Part shown: positions 48,575-58,069 of the stretch, piece after piece | Numbering within the stretch: position 1 is the first letter of the stretch | Layout of the letters: each line of letters starts with the position of its first letter | DNA from: Oligoflexia bacterium | GTDB taxonomy: Bacteria > Bdellovibrionota > UBA1018 | DNA length: 64,000 bases | Assembly: GCA_023701205.1 (NCBI GenBank) | Contig: JAMPXJ010000021.1 | Coordinates: 10,054-74,053, forward strand | Direction: 5' to 3' | Translations under genes and position numbers: made by a program | Notes under the pieces: generated by a model | Database searches by the model: none | What the model was told of the DNA's origin: nothing | The model's input: the letters and a program-made list of their open reading frames with translations, nothing else

Positions 48575-49914
48575 AGCAGGCCTCGCTTTCCGCCGCGAGT
48601 GCGGACCGACTTGGATTTCTTCTTCAATCCATCCTGCTTGTAGCGGCTCGCCGCGTTCCAGAGCAGGAAGCCTTGGCCGTTCTGCCGATCAGATCCGTCG
48701 ATCTGGGCGCGGATATCCGCGCCGGTGTAATCGCGGCGACTATAGGCATAATCGCGGAACGCCTGGAGCCAGGGACGGATAATCACATCCGGATCCGAGC
48801 GCAGGCGGTAGCGCCGCACGCTATCCTCGACGATATCGCCGGGCTGTGCGACCGGGTCTTTGACTCCGCCGGTGCCTTTGGCGTAGCCCGAGGGGTAGAC
48901 CATGGGGCACACGTAATCGAGGTAAGGCGTGATGTCCTCGACGCGCTGGCCGATGCCGCTGTCGTTCTTGTCATAAGCGGTGATGCCGAAGACATCCGCC
49001 GCGACGAACGCGCCCATCGGCGAGAGCGCCGCGCGCGCCTTCTTGAGGAATCCCGCGATGGCAGCGGTCCGGGTCTTCGAGTTCAGCTCGCCGCGGATAT
49101 CGTAGCGTATCGCGGAACGATCGCCATCGGTGGGGAAGCGGACGTAATCGAACTGGATCTCGTCGAAGCCCTGCTCCACGGCGGCCTTCGCCACGCCGAT
49201 CACGTGATCCCAGGCTGCTTCGTTGAAGGGGTCGAGATAGGTGACGCGGTTGCGGTCTTCCCACGGTTTGCCGGTCTTGCCGTTGATGACGGCGAGATTC
49301 GGGTTCTTGCGGGGGGCGATGTTGTCCTTGAAGGTCACGATGCGTGCGATGGTGTAGATGCCCTGGGCACGGAGCTCGTCGATATAGGGGCGCAGGCCTG
49401 TCGAGATGCGGCCTTCGTCGTCCTTGACGTCGATGGTGAGCGCGTTGAGCTCGGTCGTGCGCAGGAGCTCCATGATGTTCTGGTAGGTCTCGCCTTTTTT
49501 GCGCAGGAGTCCGGTTTGAAGGTACACGCCTTTGATCTCATGAGGCTCAAGCGTGATCTGCAAGGCGCCGCGGCGAGGATAGATGAGCGCCTTGCGGAAG
49601 CCGGCCTTTTTCACCAGCAGCGGGGAGTTCGTCGACTCGCTCACGACCCGGAAGACGCCTTGCTCGTCGCTCAGGGTTTCGACCCCGTTGAGGATGAGGG
49701 AAACGGAGGGCACGGGCCGCCCCTCGCGATCGGAGATCTCGCCTTGGATATCGAAGCCCCAGGAAGGCAAGCCATCCGACTCCTGAACGAGGACCAGTGG
49801 GTCTTCGATCGGCTGCTGGTTATCCGCAGCTCGTGAGCTGATCAGCGCCACGGTGAGCGCCAGCGGAATCAGAAAAAGAGCGAAATTCAGCTTGCTCAGG
49901 TTCAACTTTCTCAC
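48571..49914 (-). CDS. DUF4015 putative glycoside hydrolase with an N-terminal carboxypeptidase-regulatory-like domain
   Basis: IDVKDDEG, IARIVTFKD, GFDEIQFDYVRFP, PMVYPS, RPWLQAF; GTG 49914 after SD ggagg. Confidence 0.85.
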   Translation of the reverse strand: MRKLNLSKLNFALFLIPLALTVALISSRAADNQQPIEDPLVLVQESDGLPSWGFDIQGEISDREGRPVPSVSLILNGVETLSDEQGVFRVVSESTNSPLLVKKAGFRKALIYPRRGALQITLEPHEIKGVYLQTGLLRKKGETYQNIMELLRTTELNALTIDVKDDEGRISTGLRPYIDELRAQGIYTIARIVTFKDNIAPRKNPNLAVINGKTGKPWEDRNRVTYLDPFNEAAWDHVIGVAKAAVEQGFDEIQFDYVRFPTDGDRSAIRYDIRGELNSKTRTAAIAGFLKKARAALSPMGAFVAADVFGITAYDKNDSGIGQRVEDITPYLDYVCPMVYPSGYAKGTGGVKDPVAQPGDIVEDSVRRYRLRSDPDVIIRPWLQAFRDYAYSRRDYTGADIRAQIDGSDRQNGQGFLLWNAASRYKQDGLKKKSKSVRTRGGKRGLL

Positions 49915-49953
49915 GGCAATTCCTCCACGACGCGGGTCGGTCCGCGTTGACAC

Positions 49954-49982
49954 AGAGTAAGCTGGGAGTGCCTTTTAGGCAA
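49954..49982 (-). promoter_or_regulatory. Putative sigma70 promoter of the DUF4015-deacetylase pair
   Basis: TTGCCT-N17-TACTCT with an AT-rich upstream tract. Confidence 0.4.
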
Positions 49983-50083
49983 CTAAAATAGTCAGGAATT
50001 AGAAAAATTATCCATCTTTCCAATGCCTTGTAATTAGATTGAACAGCTGTAAAAGGTTTAGACAGGAACTCGCGGGCTTCAGC

Positions 50084-50698
50084 TCACTTGCAGTGAGGTG
50101 TCGCTCCACGCGGAGTGCATTGGATCGTCTGGATTTTTTCATCTTTGACGAGCTTCAGTTGGAGAAGGGAGCCTTTCCACTTCGCGCTCCGCCCGGCACC
50201 TTCGCCGTTCCAGATGCGTTTGCAGCCTTCGGCGGGCCTGGCGCAATACCAGAGCGAGGCTTCGTCTCGCGTGCGTCCCGAGCCTCCGTCTTCATTCAGC
50301 GCGATGAAGTAACGGCCGTTCTTCGACCACACGGGGCAGCCGTCGAGTTCTTCCGCGGCTCCCGATTTCAGGTGCACCACGCGGTAATTCATGGAATCAA
50401 AGCGCGGCTCATAGAGCGCGACCCAATCCTCCGTGAGCGCGATCACGCGATGAAGCTCGAAGGCGCCTTCCGGATTCGCGTCATCGAATTCCAGTGACTT
50501 GCCGTTTTGAAGCCGGATCGCGAGTTTCCCCTCCTCGCGTCGGGCGATGCCCGGCTTCGCCTGGAGCACGCGGGCTTCGCTCTTGAGTTCCCGCCATTTT
50601 CCCGGAGTGCAGGAATCCGAAGCCCGAAGAGCGCTCCCGCTCAGTGCCATGCCAAGAAAAGAGAATACCGTCATCGCGAAAAACCGTGAGTGCCGCAT
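50084..50698 (-). CDS. Hypothetical secreted protein
   Basis: Signal peptide; PVWSKNGRYF beta-propeller-like motif; starts 4 nt after the namZ stop. Confidence 0.65.
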   Translation of the reverse strand: MRHSRFFAMTVFSFLGMALSGSALRASDSCTPGKWRELKSEARVLQAKPGIARREEGKLAIRLQNGKSLEFDDANPEGAFELHRVIALTEDWVALYEPRFDSMNYRVVHLKSGAAEELDGCPVWSKNGRYFIALNEDGGSGRTRDEASLWYCARPAEGCKRIWNGEGAGRSAKWKGSLLQLKLVKDEKIQTIQCTPRGATPHCK

Positions 50699-50702
50699 TT
50701 TT

Positions 50703-51956
50703 TCAATAAAGCAGCGCGCGTGAGCGCTGTCGAAGAAAATCCGTCGTTTCGGCCTTGGCCCGGGCCTCAAGCGCCTCCGTCGGAGCGTCGGCCAGGATCC
50801 CGTCAAGGAGCCAGCCGCTGCCGAGCATCACCTTCGTGCCCGTGATCGACAGGCGATCGCCCAGGACGCGCCGGAGCGCCTTCATCGTCTCGATCAGGGC
50901 GCGGAAGCTTTCCACTCGCGAGGAGTCGGTGACCCGCACGCGAAAGCCGCGGCAAAGCTTCCCTTGGAAGATGGCGCGATCAGGCTTCCAGCTGAAGGAG
51001 TCGAACGCCAGGCCCGGAAGCCCGAGCCCCTGCAGCGCGGGAACGAGCCGGAGCTGATCCTCGGCCGTGATCCAGGGCGCGCCGTAGACCCGAAAGGCGA
51101 GCGCGTTGGACTTGCCGCGGCCGACGGCGAGGTTCGCCGACTCGAGCGTGCCGAATGCGGCATAAAGCTCGGCCTGGTCGGGGGCGGTGAGCGCCGGAGA
51201 CGGCGGAACCCAGGGCAGCCCGGTTTCGTCCCAGCTCATCGTGCGTTCCCAGTCTCGCATCGGAATCACGGTAAGTTCCGCCCGGATCTCGAGCAGCTCG
51301 TTGAGCAGCAGCGAAAGTTCTCCAAGCGTCATCCCATGGCGCGTGGGAATCGGCGCGAGATTGGTGAGGCCACCCGTGGCGAGCGCTCTCTCGAGTACCG
51401 CCCCCTCCACTTTCGCGCCGCCGATCGGGATCGGCCGATCCAAGAGGATGGCGGGCTTGCCCGCGTTCTTGCAGGCACGCAGCGTGTAGGCAACCGTCGC
51501 GGGATAGGTGTAGTACCGGAGGCCGACGTCCTGAAGGTCGATCAGCACCGCGTCGACCTGGGCCAGCATCTCGGGGGTGGGGGCTTTTCGCGGGCCATAG
51601 AGCGAGTAAACGGGAAGGCCCGTCATCGGGTCCCGTGAGTCGGGCAAGAGCTCGTCATCCGTGCTGCGGTAACCATGCTCCGGCGCGAAGATCATCTTGA
51701 GCTTGAAATGCCCTAGGCCCGCAAGCTGATCCACCAGGTGCGTCCCATCGGGCAGTCGGCTGGCGTTATGCGCGAGCACGGCGATACGCTTGCCGCGGAG
51801 CAGCTCGACGAACTCGGGCTCCTGAAGCCTGGCGGCGCCGGGCAGAATCCTGGTCTCGGGTGCGGGAACCGGGGTTTCGGCCGAAGAGGTGGAGAAGGTG
51901 AGCGTCAACGCGCCAAGCAGAGAAGCGAGGGCGCCTGTTCTTTTGAGGATACTCAT
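50703..51956 (-). CDS. namZ: Exo-beta-N-acetylmuramidase (DUF1343/YbbC)
   Basis: IFAPEHG, PVYSLYG, DLQDVGLRYYTY, LDRPIP, RHGMTLGE, WVPPSP; start set to ATG 51956. Confidence 0.9.
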   Translation of the reverse strand: MSILKRTGALASLLGALTLTFSTSSAETPVPAPETRILPGAARLQEPEFVELLRGKRIAVLAHNASRLPDGTHLVDQLAGLGHFKLKMIFAPEHGYRSTDDELLPDSRDPMTGLPVYSLYGPRKAPTPEMLAQVDAVLIDLQDVGLRYYTYPATVAYTLRACKNAGKPAILLDRPIPIGGAKVEGAVLERALATGGLTNLAPIPTRHGMTLGELSLLLNELLEIRAELTVIPMRDWERTMSWDETGLPWVPPSPALTAPDQAELYAAFGTLESANLAVGRGKSNALAFRVYGAPWITAEDQLRLVPALQGLGLPGLAFDSFSWKPDRAIFQGKLCRGFRVRVTDSSRVESFRALIETMKALRRVLGDRLSITGTKVMLGSGWLLDGILADAPTEALEARAKAETTDFLRQRSRALLY

Positions 51957-52057
51957 CGACCGGATGCTCTCATCGCGCAGACTGGAACTCAATGGGGAAG
52001 TGGCGCCGCGGGAAGTGCTACGGGAGTTGCATCGCGTGGACGGGCCGGAGGCGAGAT

Positions 52058-52495
52058 ATGGATCACTTCGATGTCCTGAAGAATCAGCATAGGTCGATGC
52101 GAAAGCGGATCGACGAGCTGCGTGTAGCCGGGGGTGGCAGCGCGCGGCAGGAACCTTTGGATGAGCTGCGAGTCGAGCTTGAGTTTCATGCATCGCTCGA
52201 AGAGACCTACGTCTATCCCGTGCTGGAACGATTCGACGATATGCGGTCCTGGATACGGATGTTGTGGGAGAGCCACGATGAGCTCAGGCAGCTGATCGAA
52301 GAGCTGGCCGGGTGCCCCGAGGACGACGCGGCGTTCGCGACCCGCCTGAGCCGGCTCTCCGAGGCGATCGAAAAGCACGTCGGCGACGAGGAAATGCACG
52401 TTTATCCGAACGCGCGGCTGCTGGCGGGCGACGTCGAGCTCGGCTCGATCTCCCGAAATATTGAAGCGGCGATCCGGAAACGACAGGCTGCGTAG
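52058..52495 (+). CDS. Hemerythrin/HHE cation-binding domain protein
   Basis: LKNQH, HASLEETYVYP, ESHDE, HVGDEEMHVYP; SD ggagg. Confidence 0.88.
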   Translation: MDHFDVLKNQHRSMRKRIDELRVAGGGSARQEPLDELRVELEFHASLEETYVYPVLERFDDMRSWIRMLWESHDELRQLIEELAGCPEDDAAFATRLSRLSEAIEKHVGDEEMHVYPNARLLAGDVELGSISRNIEAAIRKRQAA

Positions 52496-52513
52496 CATCC
52501 GAAGGAGCGGCGT

Positions 52514-54961
52514 ATGGGAACCCAACGACGATTCATTCGCCGGTTCGATGAGCTCACGCTCGAGGACGTCGGACTGGTGGGTGGGAAAAATGCTTCGCTC
52601 GGCGAGCTGTACCGGGAGCTTTCCAAAGCCGGCGTGCAGGTACCCGACGGGTTTGCCATCACTGCAGAGGCCTACTGGCATTTTCTCGGGAGCGCGGGGC
52701 TCATCCCGCGCCTTGACGCGATCTTCTCCGGGCTTGACGCGCGAAATGTCGAAAGTCTCAGGCGGTGCGGCGGCCAGGCGCGACAGCTCATCGTGGATGC
52801 CGAACTTCCCCCGGACCTGCGTGCCGAGATCGTGGACGCTTATGACGATTTGACGGGGCGAGGGCCGGCGACGCTGGACGTCGCGGTCCGGAGCAGCGCC
52901 ACGGCGGAGGACCTGCCTCAGGCGAGCTTCGCCGGGCAGCAGGAAACCTATCTGAACGTGCAAGGGCATCAGGCGCTGGTGGACGCCTGCCGGCGTTGCT
53001 TCGCCTCGCTCTTCACGGATCGCGCGATCTCCTATCGCGCGGACATGGGCTTCGATTACCGCAAGATCGGCCTCTCCGTCGGGATCCAGCGCATGGTCCG
53101 GTCCGATCTGGCCTGCTCGGGAGTGATGTTTTCCATCGACACGGAGACCGGATTCCCCGACGTGGTATTGATCAACTCCGCTTACGGCTTGGGCGAGAAC
53201 GTGGTGCAGGGCGCGGTGAACCCCGACGAGATCACCGTCTTCAAGCCGGCTCTGAGACAGGGCTTCCGGCCCATCCTGCGGAGGAAAGCGGGAACCAAGG
53301 AATTCAAGCTCGTCTACGACGTGGGCGGAGGGAAGAGGGTCAGAAACGTGCCGGTCGCGCCGGAGGAAAGGGCGAAGCTCTCGCTCCAGGATGACGAGAT
53401 CCTGAGGCTGGCCGAATGGGCTTGCCTGATTGAGGAGCATTACAGCCGGAAATCCCGCCGGACGGTACCCGTCGATATCGAGTGGGCCAAAGATGGCCGC
53501 AGCGGCGAGCTTTTCATCGTCCAGGCGAGGCCCGAGACCGTCCATGCGAAAGCCGGGAAGCCGGATACCCTGGAGATCCATGAGCTGCAAGGCCAGCCGC
53601 CGCGCCCGATCGTGACCGGGCGCAGTGTGGGCGAGAAAATCGCCCACGGCCGGGTGAAGGTGATCCGAAGCGTTCGCGATCTCCAGCGGCTTCAGCCCGG
53701 GGAGATCCTCGTGACCGACAGGACGGACCCTGACTGGGAACCCATCATGAAGATCGCGGGCGGCGTCATCACGAACCGGGGCGGGCGGACCTGTCATGCC
53801 GCCATCGTGAGCCGCGAGCTCGGCCTCCCGGCGGTCGTCGGCGCCGAGAATGCGACCGAGCTGCTCTCGGACGGTCAGGAGATCACGCTATCGTGCGCGG
53901 AGGGTGAGACCGGCAAGGCGTATCCGGGTTTCGTGCCTTTCGGCTCGAGAAAGGTCTCGCTGCGCGGACTGGAGCGCCCGCGCACCCGGATCATGATGAA
54001 TCTGGCCAATCCGGAAGAGGCGCTGCGGTTGTCGTTGCTCCCGAACGACGGAGTGGGACTTGCCAGGATCGAGTTCATCATCGGGAATTCGATCCGCGTT
54101 CACCCCATGGCGCTTTTGCGTTTCGACGAGGTCAGGGACCGGGGATCCAGAAAGGAGATCGAAGCCCTGACCGCCGGTTATCGCGCGAAATCCGACTACT
54201 TCGTCGACCGGCTGGCCGAGGGGGTGGCGATGATCGCCGCGGCCTTCCATCCGAAGGAGGTCATCGCGCGGATGAGCGACTTCAAGACGAACGAGTACGC
54301 GAACCTGCTCGGGGGAAAGGCCTTCGAACCCGACGAGGAAAATCCGATGCTCGGGTTCCGGGGGGCCAGCCGCTATTACCATCCGCGCTACCGCGAAGGA
54401 TTCGCGCTCGAGTGCGAGGCGATGCGGAGGGTCCGGGAAGAGATGGGCTTGCGCAACCTGAAGCTCATGATCCCGTTCTGTCGGACCCCCGAGGAGGGGC
54501 GGAAGGTGCTCGTCGAGCTCGAAAGAAACGGCCTCGTGCGCGGTCGGGACGGGCTGGAGGTCTACGTGATGTGCGAGATCCCGAGCAACGTGATCCTGGC
54601 CGAAGAGTTCGCGGAGATCTTCGACGGCTTTTCGATCGGTTCGAACGATCTCACGCAGCTCGTCCTGGGCGTGGATCGCGACTCAGAGATCGTCGCGCCG
54701 CTTTTCGACGAGAGGAATCCGGCTGTGATGAGGATGATCGATCGCGTGATCTCGATCGCCAGGAGTCGCGGCAGGAAGATCGGCATCTGCGGCCAGGCGC
54801 CGAGCGATTATCCCGAGTTCGCCCGATTCCTGGTCAGCGCTGGAATCGACAGCATCTCCTTGAATCCCGATGCCGTGCTGAAGACCACGCTCACCGTCAT
54901 GGAGCAGGAAAGGGAGCAGGAAAAGGAGCGGGAGAGGGGCTCGGCTGCGGGAGCGGCTTGA
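52514..54961 (+). CDS. ppsA: Phosphoenolpyruvate synthase
   Basis: VGGKNASLGE, VAVRSSATAED, GGRTCHAAIVSRE (phospho-His), GFSIGSNDLTQL, ICGQAPSD. Confidence 0.97.
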   Translation: MGTQRRFIRRFDELTLEDVGLVGGKNASLGELYRELSKAGVQVPDGFAITAEAYWHFLGSAGLIPRLDAIFSGLDARNVESLRRCGGQARQLIVDAELPPDLRAEIVDAYDDLTGRGPATLDVAVRSSATAEDLPQASFAGQQETYLNVQGHQALVDACRRCFASLFTDRAISYRADMGFDYRKIGLSVGIQRMVRSDLACSGVMFSIDTETGFPDVVLINSAYGLGENVVQGAVNPDEITVFKPALRQGFRPILRRKAGTKEFKLVYDVGGGKRVRNVPVAPEERAKLSLQDDEILRLAEWACLIEEHYSRKSRRTVPVDIEWAKDGRSGELFIVQARPETVHAKAGKPDTLEIHELQGQPPRPIVTGRSVGEKIAHGRVKVIRSVRDLQRLQPGEILVTDRTDPDWEPIMKIAGGVITNRGGRTCHAAIVSRELGLPAVVGAENATELLSDGQEITLSCAEGETGKAYPGFVPFGSRKVSLRGLERPRTRIMMNLANPEEALRLSLLPNDGVGLARIEFIIGNSIRVHPMALLRFDEVRDRGSRKEIEALTAGYRAKSDYFVDRLAEGVAMIAAAFHPKEVIARMSDFKTNEYANLLGGKAFEPDEENPMLGFRGASRYYHPRYREGFALECEAMRRVREEMGLRNLKLMIPFCRTPEEGRKVLVELERNGLVRGRDGLEVYVMCEIPSNVILAEEFAEIFDGFSIGSNDLTQLVLGVDRDSEIVAPLFDERNPAVMRMIDRVISIARSRGRKIGICGQAPSDYPEFARFLVSAGIDSISLNPDAVLKTTLTVMEQEREQEKERERGSAAGAA

Positions 54962-55010
54962 GGCGGGTCGATCGCGCCGTCTGCGACCGTGTTCAGACCC
55001 TGACCGGTGC

Positions 55011-55343
55011 CTACTCCGGATTCTCGTCATGAGGCGCGTTCACGTCTTTTGATTCCGGAGAGCCTTTCTCACGCAGAAAGATCGAGAGGACGACGAGCAC
55101 CCCGACCGAGAGAAACTCGCTTTGCCAGTTTTGAAACGACTCGAACTTCTCCCAGTTCTCGAAGACCGTCTCGATGAACTCCCCGGAAAGCAGAAACTGG
55201 AAATAGGTGACGGCTTGCTGGCCGTGTTCCTGCTGCTCTTGGTTGTGGTTGTGCAAGCCAACGATGCTTTGGCCAACGAGGAATATCGCAAAGAGAAGGA
55301 AAGTCACGATCCCCAGGCCGTTATTGCGCAGGAATTGGCGCAT
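55011..55343 (-). pseudogene. DUF6766-like membrane protein, apparently internally deleted to about half length
   Basis: NNGLGIV, FENWE joined directly to KFESFQNWQSEFL, KGSPESK..APH. Confidence 0.6.
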
Positions 55344-55400
55344 CTTGCTTCCCTTTCGCACCGGGAAATCACCCGCAAGTCTCAGAGGCGCACGCTGGTT

Positions 55401-57161
55401 TCAAAGCGCCCATCGCTCGAGCTCCGCCTGAGTTCCGATGGCGCAATTTCCCGTCCAGAAGCCGCCGCGAACCCGATAGCTGCGTTGATGACCATCGAGT
55501 ATGAGGGGCCCGCCTGTTCCGAGCTGGAGACTGCGGCACTGCGCGCTCAGTGACTGAATATTCGAGAGTGTCAGGCCAGGGCTCAGGGTCACCGGCAAAG
55601 CAGGATCGAGATCGAGTTTCACATTCAGCAAGCTCAGGTTTTCGAGCGCCTTGCCTCCGAGATCGCCGAGGGAGGCGAGCTCCGAGCCCCGAATCTCGAC
55701 GTTCTGGCCTCGCAGGTGGTTCATCGCGCCGCTCAAGCCGGAGTCCTCGATGCGAACATCCGTGCCAGTGAAAGACGAGCCAGGAAGGAGACGCGTGCGG
55801 ACGATCCGGAGGCCCGTGCCATCCAGTAAGGCCTTCTTGAAAGCGCTCTCTGAAAGTTTTCCGGCAACGAGATTGACCTCTTTCAGATAGATCCCGGAGC
55901 CCCGGATCTCGGCGCCCACGAGCTGCGTCCCCAGGAGGGCCACGTCATTGGCTTCGACCCGGGATTCGACGCACAACGGGTAGGGGTGGGCATTCGGGAG
56001 ATTCAGACAGCCGATCAGCGAGCTCTCGATCTGGATATCGTCCCCGATCACCCTCGAAACCCCATCCTGCCAGCCATTCACGCTCAATTTGGAGTCGAGG
56101 ATCCGGATCCTTTGACCTTGGATCACGCTGCTGCCGCCTTGCGTGTTGTCGATGATGATATCGCTTCCGGTGACTTCAGAGGCGAAGATTGCCGAGTCCT
56201 TGATACGGATCCGATCGCCGGTAACGCGTGCGGCCTGCGTATTCACCAGCGAGATCTCGTTGCCCATGATTTCCGGGACGGAAGCGCTTTCAAGCCGGAT
56301 GGAGTTGCCCTGAATTCGGGCGGTTTCCCGGAGGGTGGAGTTGAAGATCTCGATGCCGTTGCCCTCGATGGACGGAGCCGAATAGTTTTCTGAAAGGACA
56401 AACGTGCCTAACCCCAAGGTGACTCCAGCGGGAACCGCGTAAGCGGCGGGGATCACCGCTCCGGTTTCGTTGATGCGGTGGCGCGGGTGGGAGTCCTGGC
56501 AAAGCTGGGCGACCCGCTTGTGGATAACGCCGATGCTCCGCATCTCCTCGGGCGTGAAGCGGAAGTCCCATTTCCTGGCCAGAAGTGCGGGCTGGTAACG
56601 GGTTCTCAGGTAATGAAGGCCGTTGATGAAATCCGTCTTCACTTCATAAGGCTGCTCCGGGGCGAAGGCATGGAGCCGCTCATGGAGGATAAGGAGCGCG
56701 GTTTGCTCCAGATCCAGGCGCGCCAGCGCCGCCGGAAGCAGATACGTGATGGATCCCCGCGTGCAGCCTACGGGCTCGACAAGAGTGCCGTAAGGCAAGT
56801 TTTCGCTTGGAATGAAAGCGCAGCCCGCGGGAAGCTTGCTGACCAACCGGTACTCGACCGTGGGCCCGAAGACCTCATCCTGCAGAAGGGAACCGAACCG
56901 ATAGCCCGAAGCGCGAAACATGCGGATACCGATGTCCCTGAGCAGGGAGAACATCTGCTGGAGCTCCGCGACGAGCTTCTCATCCATTTGCCAGAGCTCG
57001 TGCTCCAGGGGGCGGAACTTGAGATCGGCAAGTTGGTAGGTCGAGCCATCGATGATGACGGAGCCGCCGTTCTGGGTTTCTCCGCCTGCGGCGCATGCCG
57101 AAGAGGCGGAGGCACCAAGAATAAGCGCGGCCAGAAGGGCGTGCGGGAGGGATGCTTTCAT
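55401..57161 (-). CDS. Secreted protein: GGETQNGG N-terminus, HExxH motif, beta-helix-like repetitive C-terminal half
   Basis: Signal peptide; LILHERLHA; repeated I.G..I.I.(D/N)S units; ATGA overlap with the TIGR02147 gene. Confidence 0.75.
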   Translation of the reverse strand: MKASLPHALLAALILGASASSACAAGGETQNGGSVIIDGSTYQLADLKFRPLEHELWQMDEKLVAELQQMFSLLRDIGIRMFRASGYRFGSLLQDEVFGPTVEYRLVSKLPAGCAFIPSENLPYGTLVEPVGCTRGSITYLLPAALARLDLEQTALLILHERLHAFAPEQPYEVKTDFINGLHYLRTRYQPALLARKWDFRFTPEEMRSIGVIHKRVAQLCQDSHPRHRINETGAVIPAAYAVPAGVTLGLGTFVLSENYSAPSIEGNGIEIFNSTLRETARIQGNSIRLESASVPEIMGNEISLVNTQAARVTGDRIRIKDSAIFASEVTGSDIIIDNTQGGSSVIQGQRIRILDSKLSVNGWQDGVSRVIGDDIQIESSLIGCLNLPNAHPYPLCVESRVEANDVALLGTQLVGAEIRGSGIYLKEVNLVAGKLSESAFKKALLDGTGLRIVRTRLLPGSSFTGTDVRIEDSGLSGAMNHLRGQNVEIRGSELASLGDLGGKALENLSLLNVKLDLDPALPVTLSPGLTLSNIQSLSAQCRSLQLGTGGPLILDGHQRSYRVRGGFWTGNCAIGTQAELERWAL

Positions 57162-57991
57162 TTCAGAGTTCCTTTTTGTTCAGGTTCGGATAGGCGGAAG
57201 AACTGGATGGCCAGTGAGTAGACCTCTTCGCGCTGGTGGCGGGGGACGGCGCTCTCCGCGAATCGGTTGAAATCGCGGCGAAAGCGCTTGATGCGCTCCC
57301 GAAAGAGCGGGAGATCCGACTTGCGAATGGAGACCGTCACGGTCGAGATGTCTCTTTCTTCGACGGATTGCAGGGATATCGCGCGCGAGGCTTTCTCGAG
57401 GATCTGCTGATTGAATCGGCGGATCGCTTCGGAAGGGACGCCGTTGGTGGTCGTCGGGGCCTCGGGCGTGGCTTCGAGCTTGCCGGACTCCAGGCGCAGG
57501 AGCTTGAGCCGAAGCAGGCGCTCGATCGCGAGCTCAGCCTCGACCTGCGAGATGCCCAGGCGCCGGGCGATCCAGGCGGGGTTGGATTTGAAACCCCGCG
57601 TGGCCGTGAGCTCGAGCAGCGCGTAATGGTACCAATCGGAAATCGCTCGAAAGGAGTCCTCCTCGAGCTGCCGGTAACGGTCGCGAGCCTGATCGAGCTG
57701 GCTTTGGATCCGCTGGAGAGCTGCCTCCCGGGCGCCCTTGGAGCGGGCATCCTCCGAGGCCACCAGGTCCTGGAAGCGCACGATCTCACCTTTTGAGAGC
57801 CCCAGGCGCATGCCGATCCCCGCGGCGGAAGCCGCCGAAAGCCCCTGCTTCCGGTTCAGCACCTCGCTGAGGCGCGCGGAGGAGACGCCCAGGTCCCGTG
57901 CGAACGCGCGAAGCGAATAGCGGGGGTTGGCCCGGCAACGGCTTTCGAGTCGTTCGCGCAGGAAGCGGCGGTAGTCCGAGGTTTCTCGCAT
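57158..57991 (-). CDS. TIGR02147-family protein (HTH + DUF4423), copy 1
   Basis: NPRYSLRAFARDLG, ISDWYHYALLEL, WIARRLGIS, EERDIS, VYSLAIQFF. Confidence 0.9.
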   Translation of the reverse strand: MRETSDYRRFLRERLESRCRANPRYSLRAFARDLGVSSARLSEVLNRKQGLSAASAAGIGMRLGLSKGEIVRFQDLVASEDARSKGAREAALQRIQSQLDQARDRYRQLEEDSFRAISDWYHYALLELTATRGFKSNPAWIARRLGISQVEAELAIERLLRLKLLRLESGKLEATPEAPTTTNGVPSEAIRRFNQQILEKASRAISLQSVEERDISTVTVSIRKSDLPLFRERIKRFRRDFNRFAESAVPRHQREEVYSLAIQFFRLSEPEQKGTLK

Positions 57992-57995
57992 GACG

Positions 57996-58027
57996 GGCCA
58001 TTAATCATGGCCTGGGCGCTTGGTCAA
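57996..58027 (-). promoter_or_regulatory. Putative promoter with an overlapping dyad operator
   Basis: TTGACC-N16-ATTAAT, 8 nt before the ATG, no SD; GGCCAT-N5-ATGGCC at 57996-58012. Confidence 0.5.
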
Positions 58028-58069
58028 TAGTTCGCGGAGCAATGTGCTCTGTGAGTGGGAGAGCGGCGA

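Noticed and set aside
54900-54940. 12-bp purine-rich repeats at the ppsA 3' end
   Set aside because: Encode a low-complexity EQERE tail with no evident function
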